Of a DNA stretch of 46,974 nt, positions 33,274 through 40,945 are shown one piece after another. Where the stretch lies: assembly GCA_021848095.1 (NCBI GenBank), contig JAJZMZ010000036.1, forward strand, positions 1 through 46,974. The letters are read 5' to 3'. Both the position numbers and the translations under genes were made by a program. Below the pieces are notes generated by a model. That model was not told the origin of the DNA and searched no databases. It saw only the letters and a list, made by a program, of their open reading frames with translations. Numbering within the stretch: the first letter of the stretch is position 1; every line of letters begins with the position of its first letter. The stretch is from Candidatus Micrarchaeota archaeon. GTDB taxonomy: Archaea > Micrarchaeota > Micrarchaeia > Micrarchaeales > CABMGC01.

Positions 33274-34536
33274 TTAATACCAACCACGAACCTTCATCGA
33301 AGCTGCAACTCTACCTACTGCGATTATATATGCTGCCATTCTGGGACTTATCTTTTTACCATATGATTTGTATTCTGTTTGCGTTTTAATTACATCCTTA
33401 AATGACTTTGTTATTATTGCATCTAATCGTTTGTAAACATCTTGTTCAGTCCAGTAGAAGCTTTGGAGGTTTTGAACCCACTCGAAGTAAGAAACTATAA
33501 CGCCTCCGGAGTTTACTAAAAAGTCTGGAAGATCAAATATTCCTTTATCGAATAGAATTTCATCCGCTCCTGGTGTTACCGGACCATTTGCAAGCTCTAA
33601 AAGTATCTTTGTGTTTATTTTATCAGCGTTCTTTTCAGTTATTTGATTTTCTATTGCAGCTGGGATTAATACATCAACATCTAACTCTAAAAGTTCCTCG
33701 TTTGTTAACTTCTGTGCTCCTTTATAACCATCAATACTTCCAGTTTCTTTTTTAGCTAACTTTAACTTTTGATAATCTAATCCTTTTTCACTATATATTG
33801 CTCCAGAAGAGTCACTTATTGCAACAATTTTAGAACCAAACAATCGTTTTGACAAATCAAATGCGAAGTTTCCTGCATTTCCAAAACCTTGTATGGCTAT
33901 TCTTGCTTTTTTAAGATTTATTTTTTTAAGCTTAGCAGCTTCTCTTAAAACATACATTCCTCCCATAGCTGTGGAATCGAAACGTCCAGCTGAACCGCCT
34001 ACTTCCAATGGCTTTCCTGTTATTACTCCGAACTCATTATGTCCTACTAGATTACTATATTCGTCCATCATCCAGGCCATCTCTTGAGGAGTTGTGTACA
34101 CATCAGGAGCTGGAACATCTACCTTAGGTCCTATGAACTCTCCTATAGCACGTATATAACTTCTACAAAGGTTTTCTAGCTCTACGTCGTTTAGCTCCTT
34201 AGGGTTGCATATAACTCCTCCTTTTCCTCCACCATAGGGAATATCGGCTAGTGAGCACTTCCATGTCATCCAAGCCGAGAGAGCCTTTACTGTATCTATA
34301 GTTTCTTCAGGGTGAAATCGTATACCTCCTTTAGCCGGACCTCTAGCTGTATTGTAATGCACTCTAAAACCTTTGAACACCTTTGTTTTACCATCACGCA
34401 TCTTTACAGGAATATTTACAACTAATGTACGCATAGGTTCGCTAAGTATAGCATACGCTTCTTTATCTAATTTCATTATATCTGCAGCTTTTTTAAGTTG
34501 CTGCTGAGTTATTCTAAAAGGGTTTAGTTCTTCCAT
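33274..34536 (-). CDS. gdhA: Glutamate dehydrogenase
   Basis: Contains GPAKGGIRFHP and KCSLADIPYGGGKGG, a GFGNAGN dinucleotide-binding motif, and C-terminal GGVIVSYFEWVQN. Length is 420 aa. Confidence 0.95.
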   Translation of the reverse strand: MEELNPFRITQQQLKKAADIMKLDKEAYAILSEPMRTLVVNIPVKMRDGKTKVFKGFRVHYNTARGPAKGGIRFHPEETIDTVKALSAWMTWKCSLADIPYGGGKGGVICNPKELNDVELENLCRSYIRAIGEFIGPKVDVPAPDVYTTPQEMAWMMDEYSNLVGHNEFGVITGKPLEVGGSAGRFDSTAMGGMYVLREAAKLKKINLKKARIAIQGFGNAGNFAFDLSKRLFGSKIVAISDSSGAIYSEKGLDYQKLKLAKKETGSIDGYKGAQKLTNEELLELDVDVLIPAAIENQITEKNADKINTKILLELANGPVTPGADEILFDKGIFDLPDFLVNSGGVIVSYFEWVQNLQSFYWTEQDVYKRLDAIITKSFKDVIKTQTEYKSYGKKISPRMAAYIIAVGRVAASMKVRGWY

Positions 34537-34851
34537 TTATCTCACCATCTCATTCATAATATCAACACAAACAGAGTCTATAATTGTTGCTATTTCTTTC
34601 GGTGTTTTTTCACTCATCAACTCATTTGCAATTGTTTTATCAATTCCTTTATTTTTTATATCTTCTACAATCTTCTGAACATCTTTAGAGTACTTTTTGT
34701 TAAGATATTTACTAACAGCAACCTGCACTACTCCTAATTCTTTTGCTATTTTTTCTTGAGTCCAGCCATACTCACTGTTCATGGTTTGTGCTACAGTTGC
34801 CCTTACTGCTGGGAGTATAAACTTTATTATTGTAGCACATTCTTGGTCCAT
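34537..34851 (-). CDS. HTH-domain protein (predicted transcriptional regulator)
   Basis: The 104-aa product contains GWTQEKIAKELGVVQVAVSKYLNKK, a helix-turn-helix. It abuts gdhA with no intergenic gap (its stop at 34537-34539 lies directly next to the gdhA start at 34534-34536). Confidence 0.6.
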   Translation of the reverse strand: MDQECATIIKFILPAVRATVAQTMNSEYGWTQEKIAKELGVVQVAVSKYLNKKYSKDVQKIVEDIKNKGIDKTIANELMSEKTPKEIATIIDSVCVDIMNEMVR

Positions 34852-35426
34852 TACTCATCAACAATTCCTAATGAATCTTTTATACCTTTGAAAAATCCTT
34901 TTTTACCTCTATGCATATGTTCAGGTACTTCTTCTTGATCTTCATCTTCTTCTACTTCCTCATTTTTTAACGTTCTTTCTACTCGTTGTGTTCGAATTTC
35001 TCCACTTTCGTGAGGCTTTACTGTATGTCTATATTCTTCTTTATTCTTTTTCAAATGCGTTTCTATAACTCTACCTGTATGAGTTTCCTTTAATGGTCTT
35101 AACATACTTGTATGGACATTAGCTTCAGTGCTCAAAAGAATTACATTTACATTATTCTTTTTTGCTAACTCAACATCTAACTCTGTACTACACGATGCAG
35201 CTCTTATTCTTTTATCTCTATTCAATGAAATACTCGCTCCTATTCCATCATTGACATAAGCGACTACTAAACCATAACCTTTTTCTAAACTATCGGTTAT
35301 TGTTTTGGTAATTCCTGAAACGTCATCATGATTTAATGACTTTCCAACAACTCCAAAATTTAACTCTGAAAAGAAATCAATTGTATCTTCTAGTTGTTCC
35401 CCATTCCCTATCACTAGTAATTTCAT
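34851..35426 (-). CDS. RpiB/LacAB-like fold protein with acidic/basic C-terminal extension
   Basis: GLVVAYVNDGIGASISLNRDKRIRAASCSTELDVELAKKNNVNVILLSTE resembles the RpiB core GTGxGxSIAANKxxGIRAAxC...NVL. The catalytic Cys position reads YVND. Confidence 0.5.
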   Translation of the reverse strand: MKLLVIGNGEQLEDTIDFFSELNFGVVGKSLNHDDVSGITKTITDSLEKGYGLVVAYVNDGIGASISLNRDKRIRAASCSTELDVELAKKNNVNVILLSTEANVHTSMLRPLKETHTGRVIETHLKKNKEEYRHTVKPHESGEIRTQRVERTLKNEEVEEDEDQEEVPEHMHRGKKGFFKGIKDSLGIVDE

Positions 35427-35564
35427 TTTATCACTTATTTATTAGATTTATTAGAATTATAACTTTTTAAAGGTTTTTTAAAAATGCATATTTTAGTTAT
35501 AAATAAGAATTTTACCTATACTTATTAATATTATGCTGTATCATAAATATAATAAGGTGTTTAT

Positions 35565-35801
35565 TTGAGAGGAAAAGAACCACTTGTAACATGCGACAGT
35601 TGCGGTAGAAAGATGCCAAGAAACAAAGGCGTAGTATTTGAAAAAGTTATACGTTTCGGAGGAGATCCTGCAGCACAAATAACTGCAAAGTTCATGTCAA
35701 CTAGAAAACTTTATTACTGTATAAGTTGCGCAAAGCACAGAGGAATATTCGAAAAGAAAAAAGAAGCAGCTGAAAGAGAAGCACGAAGAAGAATGCAATA
35801 G
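35565..35801 (+). CDS. rps26e: 30S ribosomal protein S26e (eS26)
   Basis: The 78-aa product uses a TTG start with AGGTG 8 nt upstream. CDSCGRKMPRNKGV...KLYYCISCAKHRGI matches the eS26 pattern C-x2-C-x3-VPKDKA...KL-x-YC-x-SCA-x-H. Confidence 0.75.
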   Translation: MRGKEPLVTCDSCGRKMPRNKGVVFEKVIRFGGDPAAQITAKFMSTRKLYYCISCAKHRGIFEKKKEAAEREARRRMQ

Positions 35802-35811
35802 GGGTTAAAGC

Positions 35812-37056
35812 TTGACAATAAATCCTGATGATCTTCTAATATTCAAAAAAAGAAAAGCATCAGGGTCAAGCAAGGACAAAGAAGAAGCTAAAGATAATAA
35901 AGAACAACAAAAGGATAATAACAATACAACAGAAATAAAACAGCAAACTCCTAATAATGCAGTAACTACTCCTAATGTTGATGCTAAACCAACACAAACA
36001 ACTCAATCTGTAGAATCCTCACAACAAACTTCTACTACTAATACTCAAACCACTGTAAATAATGAAAATAATCCAGTAAGTACAGCTCCAAAACAAGAGT
36101 CACAGGTACAAAGTAAAAACATTAAACCTGCAAAACCTCCAAAGCCTATGAAAAAAGGTAAAGCAGAAAAGAACAAAGTTCAAACTACTCCTTCTAAACC
36201 AAAAACACAAGAAGAAGTATTAAGTGAAAAGTTATTCCAAAATAAATCACAGTCTTTAGATAATGGTATTAATCAAAAATTAAGTAAGGAATCAAACTCA
36301 CTTAATTTAGGAAAAACAAATGAGTACAGTGATTTAGAAAAGAATCTATTGACTGAAAAAGACCTGATGACTACTGGAACTATTTCAACATCAAACTTAG
36401 AAACAGTTAAAGAAGACATTAATAAAACACATTCTGTAAATGGTTTATCTTGTATAAATCACCCATGGAGAAGTGCATATGCACTTTGTAATTACTGTCA
36501 TAGACCTTTTTGTTATGCTGATCTTGCAAAAGAAAATAATAAGAATTATTGTTTAGAAGACTTGGATCAAATAACTAAAACGCAAACAGTTCTAGTTAAA
36601 AAAGATTTTATTTATGATTATGTTGCATCGATATTTCTCTTTGCAGTGGCTGGAATATTTCTTTTCTATGCTTATCAACAAATCCATTATACTACATTAA
36701 ACTTTTTCAATAGTTTGTTCTCTTTAGGTTTAATTCCATTTATAAAAACATTAAGTTTAAGTTATATTTATCAATTGCAAAATCCTCTGATAGTTTTATT
36801 CAGTGTAATTGCAGGAATATTGCTTTTAGTTAAAAGAGAAAAAGCAACTATAACATCTGCATTAATTTTAGTTATAATCTCGATGGTTTTGAGTTATACA
36901 TTCTTAATAAGCAATACTTATTACTTCTTATATTCATTCATATCTTGTGTAGTTTGTATGTCTATAATAGCATTGGGCAAGATGAATAATATAGGTAGCT
37001 TACACGTCGCAGAAGTAACTGAAGGAATAGAGTGGCCAAGAGTAGAAACATTCTAA
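35812..37056 (+). CDS. Membrane protein with low-complexity N-terminal region and B-box-like zinc finger
   Basis: The 414-aa product begins with about 200 aa of Q/T/N/K/S-rich low-complexity sequence. CINHPWRSAYALCNYCHRPFCYADL...YCLEDL follows, then 4-5 TM helices. Confidence 0.7.
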   Translation: MTINPDDLLIFKKRKASGSSKDKEEAKDNKEQQKDNNNTTEIKQQTPNNAVTTPNVDAKPTQTTQSVESSQQTSTTNTQTTVNNENNPVSTAPKQESQVQSKNIKPAKPPKPMKKGKAEKNKVQTTPSKPKTQEEVLSEKLFQNKSQSLDNGINQKLSKESNSLNLGKTNEYSDLEKNLLTEKDLMTTGTISTSNLETVKEDINKTHSVNGLSCINHPWRSAYALCNYCHRPFCYADLAKENNKNYCLEDLDQITKTQTVLVKKDFIYDYVASIFLFAVAGIFLFYAYQQIHYTTLNFFNSLFSLGLIPFIKTLSLSYIYQLQNPLIVLFSVIAGILLLVKREKATITSALILVIISMVLSYTFLISNTYYFLYSFISCVVCMSIIALGKMNNIGSLHVAEVTEGIEWPRVETF

Positions 37057-37177
37057 TTTTATTAATGTTTTTTTATTTTAAAATTATTTTATTACTTTTA
37101 TAATTTTATTAATTAGATTATTAATGTAAAAATAGTAAAAATAAAAGAAAGATCAAAAGACACAATCAACAAGAAAC

Positions 37178-37432
37178 TTATCTTCTCTTCTTTCTGCTTA
37201 TTCTTCCTTTTCTATTCATTTTTGTTCTTGCTATGTATCCATTCTTGTCAACGAAGTACAAGTAGCCGTCTACTCTTGAGACCTTTTCTGATCCAACCTT
37301 TGACTTTTTACCTCTTGGGTTGTTCTTCATTGGAGTTCTCCATGCGTATCCGTCTTTTCCTACAAAGTAGAGATAACCGTCCTGTCTTTCTACTTTTTCC
37401 TTCGTCATTCTTTCATTCATTATTTTCACCAT
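37178..37432 (-). CDS. Small basic protein with internal tandem repeat (V-x-R-x-DGYLYFV-x-K-[DN]-GY-x-[AW]-RT-x-M)
   Basis: The 84-aa product has two copies of a repeat of about 36 aa (KVERQDGYLYFVGKDGYAWRTPMKNNPRGKK and KVSRVDGYLYFVDKNGYIARTKMNRKGRISRKKRR). A TATA-like ATATATATAAAAAG lies upstream on the minus strand. The antisense ORF looks like a shadow. Confidence 0.65.
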   Translation of the reverse strand: MVKIMNERMTKEKVERQDGYLYFVGKDGYAWRTPMKNNPRGKKSKVGSEKVSRVDGYLYFVDKNGYIARTKMNRKGRISRKKRR

Positions 37433-37546
37433 TATCTAATATAACATATATCTTTTTATATATATCGTCGTATTTACGTCATTAAAATATAAAGTCAATA
37501 TTATAACAGTTTTTTAAATCTTCTTTATTATTATATAATTGATTTT

Positions 37547-38287
37547 ATGATAGAAATAACTCTCAATAAGCAACAAAGCATCTCAGGATACAATATAATA
37601 GAAGCATTTCCAGGTATTGGATTAGTAGGACCAATGGCAGGAAGCTATATGATAGAAAAATTAAACCTAGAATATGTAGGTAGAATAGAAAGCGAGTTGT
37701 TTCCTCCTATAGCAGCTATACACAAAAACACTCCTATGTTTCCTGCAAGAATATACAAATCAGAAAAATATAAATTATTACTATTTATCTCAGAGTTTAC
37801 AATACCTCCCACATTAGTTCACCAATTATCAGATGAGCTACTTGCATTTGCTAGAAAGTACTCTATAAAACAGATAATCTCCGTTGGAGGTATGCCTTCA
37901 CAAAAACCTTCACAAGAGATATACATAACATCTAGTGACAAGGACATTATGAAAAAAGCAGTAAAAACAGGATTAAAATCAATTCCTGAAGGTGTAGTTG
38001 CTGGAGTAAGCGCTGGACTTCTAGTAAAAGCTCCACAGTTTGGAATATCAACATTAAATATTTTAGTAGAGGTAGACCCTTCCTTGATGGACCCTATAAA
38101 TGCCGAAAAAGCAATAAAAGGTTTAAATAAGATACTAGACATAAATATAGACTTAACGGAACTTGATAAAGAAGCTAAAGAAGTAGAGTCAAACATCAAA
38201 GAGATGCTTAAAAAAGTAAAGGACTCACACGATAACTACGCAGCTAGCGACAATGTTTCTGAACAAGGACCCTCAATGTACGCATAA
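37547..38287 (+). CDS. PAC2-family proteasome assembly chaperone-like protein
   Basis: Contains IIEAFPGIGLVGPMAGSYMIEKLNLEYVGRIES..FPP.A and a helical acidic C-terminus, an archaeal PAC2/PbaA-B pattern. Confidence 0.75.
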   Translation: MIEITLNKQQSISGYNIIEAFPGIGLVGPMAGSYMIEKLNLEYVGRIESELFPPIAAIHKNTPMFPARIYKSEKYKLLLFISEFTIPPTLVHQLSDELLAFARKYSIKQIISVGGMPSQKPSQEIYITSSDKDIMKKAVKTGLKSIPEGVVAGVSAGLLVKAPQFGISTLNILVEVDPSLMDPINAEKAIKGLNKILDINIDLTELDKEAKEVESNIKEMLKKVKDSHDNYAASDNVSEQGPSMYA

Positions 38288-38299
38288 ACTAACCTTTAT

Positions 38300-38406
38300 G
38301 CAGGGGTGGCAGAGTCTGGTCTGGCTCTTAAAAGCCACGGAAAAACGCGCAGGACTTAAGATCCTGTGGCTTAGCGCCTTCGTGAGTTCAAATCTCACCC
38401 CCTGCA
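38300..38406 (+). tRNA. tRNA-Leu (anticodon UAA) with an insertion of about 20 nt in the D-loop region (probable non-canonical intron)
   Basis: Acceptor GCAGGGG/CCCCTGC with discriminator A. Anticodon arm CAGGA-CTTAAGA-TCCTG (TAA at 38357-38359). Long variable arm, and T arm GTGAG-TTCAAAT-CTCAC. Total length is 107 nt against about 85-88 expected. The extra segment (about 38322-38341) contains the hairpin TGGCT-CTTAAA-AGCCA. Confidence 0.75.
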
Positions 38407-38487
38407 ATTTCTATTTTTTAATTAAACTTCGGATACTTTGCAAAAGCAATACTTTAAATATTTTTTAGAGTATTTCTTATTGATTAT

Positions 38488-39846
38488 ATGGTTAAAAAAG
38501 CTACTGTCTCTATAATAGTAATAATACTTATTGCAGCTGTTATCCTATTCACTACATACTCTCCAAAAACAACCACATCATTTAACTCTTCCCATAAAAC
38601 AATTTCAATATACGCAAATTACCTCTTCTCTCTTCCTTATGGGACAAATGCTCTTGAACTAAATTATACTAACTTTGAGGTTTACTCAAACAACTCTGGT
38701 AAAATAATTCCTGTGAATGTTGTTTCAAAAGGAACTTTAATATTTTCAAATGTTCCAAACTCAAGTACTTTAATATCATCAATATACATTCCACAAAATG
38801 CATCAATAGCATCAATCTCAATGAATATTTCAAATGAAACAATAGAGATTAACAATACAAAATACGCTGTAAATATTCTTAATAAAACGCTTTATTCAAA
38901 AACAATAAACACTGGAAATAATGGTGGAAATCAAAGTGTAATACTGCAAATATCTGGCTCAATAATACCTGTATTTTCACAAAACAAGATAAACTTCTTT
39001 TCCTATCAATCTTCAGTATCGTATGAAAATTACTCAATGTACAAAAAAGAATTTCCTAAAACTATCTCTACTCTTTCTTTAATAAAGTATAATTTATCAA
39101 GCGCTAATAATTATACAACATTTAGTTTAACATTAAAAAATAATGCATCTAATATTATTAAAATAAAAAGTATTCAGTTATTAGGTAAATTAAACTTAGT
39201 AAATAAATATAAAAATCTTAATATAAATTTATCTGATATTAAAAAATTATCAAATATAATTAATTATACATTTTTAAACTCAAGCATAAACAAGGTTAGT
39301 AATAATGTAACGTCTCCTACAATAACAGCAGAGCTTTCTAGTTTTCTTAATTATCTTAAACCAATAACGTCTCAAGTTTCATCAACAACTACAAAGAGTA
39401 TCCTTTCAGGAATAAGTGGTTATATAAATAAAAATACAACTTCATATTTAATATCGCAATTAGAAAGTATCAACTACTCTAAATTATCAACAAAAATTGG
39501 TTTGAACACAACAAATGTTTCTAAATTAAGTAACAATATAAGTACAACTATTTCTAACATCAAAAATGATTATTTATCTTCTTTAGATCAAAAAGAAGCG
39601 CAGTTAAATTACACAACGTTTATTCCATTAAATAATGATACATTAATTTTAATTAATTCAAATGGATCTAAACTAAGTTCTAATACATTAACATTATTGC
39701 CTAACGAAACAATCACATTAAAGTATTACGGAGAAATAACATTTGCAAGCAATAATATATTTATACCCATAACTAATAATAATTATAAAATATGGCTAAT
39801 TGGCGATAATGGTCTTGTTTACAATTATAATGTTTCTGCTTCATAA
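38488..39846 (+). CDS. Secreted/anchored sequon-rich surface protein (paralog of the ectodomain of the 41725-43446 protein)
   Basis: The 452-aa product has the N-terminal anchor VSIIVIILIAAVILFTTY and, by eye, two dozen or more N-x-S/T sequons. It shares the blocks TLKNN[AG][SN]xxIxIKxIxLxG and C-terminal LxPxxTxTLxYxGxIT...YKIxxI with the 573-aa protein. Confidence 0.8.
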   Translation: MVKKATVSIIVIILIAAVILFTTYSPKTTTSFNSSHKTISIYANYLFSLPYGTNALELNYTNFEVYSNNSGKIIPVNVVSKGTLIFSNVPNSSTLISSIYIPQNASIASISMNISNETIEINNTKYAVNILNKTLYSKTINTGNNGGNQSVILQISGSIIPVFSQNKINFFSYQSSVSYENYSMYKKEFPKTISTLSLIKYNLSSANNYTTFSLTLKNNASNIIKIKSIQLLGKLNLVNKYKNLNINLSDIKKLSNIINYTFLNSSINKVSNNVTSPTITAELSSFLNYLKPITSQVSSTTTKSILSGISGYINKNTTSYLISQLESINYSKLSTKIGLNTTNVSKLSNNISTTISNIKNDYLSSLDQKEAQLNYTTFIPLNNDTLILINSNGSKLSSNTLTLLPNETITLKYYGEITFASNNIFIPITNNNYKIWLIGDNGLVYNYNVSAS

Positions 39847-39854
39847 GTGATAAT

Positions 39855-40268
39855 ATGGGTTTATTCGATCTGTTTGGAAAAAAAGATGTGTCTGAAGATA
39901 TAAGTAAAAAACTTCCATTTATTCTCGTAACTGAGTTTGTTCCTTATAGGTTAAAATCTAAGGAAAAAAATAACTGTACCTTAAATGTAAGAATAAAGAA
40001 CTTAACAAAAGAACCAGTTTTAAGTTCTATTGTTATTGAGGTTCCTAAACAATTAAGTTTTGATGCTATGGGAATTTCAAAACAAAAAGAAGTAAAGATT
40101 GGAAACCTAGCTCCTAACGAAGAGAAGTTTAGCTCAATAGATATTCATGGCGGTGTAGGAACAGATAAAGGTAGCTACACAATAACAATGACTGCTTTTG
40201 TTCATTACAGAGATTACGCACATGTAATAAATGAAATGAGAAAGAGAGCTGTACTAGAAGTAATATAA
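39855..40268 (+). CDS. Hypothetical protein (probably beta-rich)
   Basis: The 137-aa product has an SD-like GTGAT upstream. I recognise no family. Confidence 0.55.
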   Translation: MGLFDLFGKKDVSEDISKKLPFILVTEFVPYRLKSKEKNNCTLNVRIKNLTKEPVLSSIVIEVPKQLSFDAMGISKQKEVKIGNLAPNEEKFSSIDIHGGVGTDKGSYTITMTAFVHYRDYAHVINEMRKRAVLEVI

Positions 40269-40275
40269 CTTTAGC

Positions 40276-40569
40276 TTACTCTTCCTTTTCTTTTTCTTCT
40301 ACTTTTAATTTTTCTATTATGTCTTGTATTTGTAAGGCTATGCCTTTTCCTTTAGGTGTTAAAGAAATAGTTTTAATTTTTCCATGTCTTTCGTAAGAAA
40401 TCAATCCTAACTTTTCACATGACGCTAAAAACCTACTAGTATGTACATAAGTAACTCCTGTGATCTTAGCTAAATCAGATATATATGGTTGTTTTTCTTG
40501 TTTTAAAATGGCTAAAAGTATTCTAATTTGTTTATCTTTGAACAATAAAATACCATTTTTTGAGTCCAT
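40276..40569 (-). CDS. Winged-helix transcriptional regulator (ArsR/MarR-like)
   Basis: Contains ILLAILKQEKQPYISDLAKITGVTYVHTSRFLASCEKLGLISYERHGKIKTISLTPKG, a wHTH, followed by an acidic tail. Confidence 0.7.
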   Translation of the reverse strand: MDSKNGILLFKDKQIRILLAILKQEKQPYISDLAKITGVTYVHTSRFLASCEKLGLISYERHGKIKTISLTPKGKGIALQIQDIIEKLKVEEKEKEE

Positions 40570-40671
40570 CTAATCAATCTTTCAATTTTTATAAGGGTAA
40601 TTAAATAACATTTATTTCTTAGATAAGTATATAAATATAAGTCATTATATATTTTTAGATATTCCAACTCG

Positions 40672-40935
40672 GTGTATAGTATGGTAAAATATATGATAGC
40701 AGAACAGCTCGTAGGTAAGGAAGTGGTAACCAGTGATGGTTTTGATTTGGGCAAGTTTGTAGATGCTGAAATTAATGAAGGCAGCGGCAAATTAAATCTA
40801 TTAATAATAGAGCCTAATGTTGATAGCGAACTAGTAAGTAAGATGTCAGTTAAGAGCGGAAAGTTAAGCGTTCCTTACTCTAGTGTATTAGCAGTAAATG
40901 ACTTTATAGTAGTCGAAAGAAAAGGCTTAGTATAA
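40672..40935 (+). CDS. PRC-barrel domain protein
   Basis: Contains AEQLVGKEVVTSDGFDLGKFVDAEINEGSGKLNLLIIEP...LSVPYSSVLAVNDFIVV, a PRC-barrel pattern. The true start is probably a downstream ATG (40681 or 40693). Confidence 0.7.
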   Translation: MYSMVKYMIAEQLVGKEVVTSDGFDLGKFVDAEINEGSGKLNLLIIEPNVDSELVSKMSVKSGKLSVPYSSVLAVNDFIVVERKGLV

Positions 40936-40945
40936 AGGTGATCGA

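Noticed and set aside
37222-37485. An 87-aa plus-strand ORF overlapping the repeat-protein gene.
   Set aside because: Its product is an L/S/F/R-rich, junk-like sequence. The minus-strand frame has an internal duplication, window-typical codon usage and an upstream TATA-like element, so it is the better call.
38253-38468. A 71-aa plus-strand ORF.
   Set aside because: It reads straight through tRNA-Leu (38300-38406), and the GC-rich tRNA sequence creates the open frame.
40938-40940. The GTG as the start codon of RNase HII.
   Set aside because: It is out of frame with the DEAGRG-encoding frame and terminates after 20 codons. It is better explained as part of the SD-like AGGTGATC. An indel error cannot be excluded.
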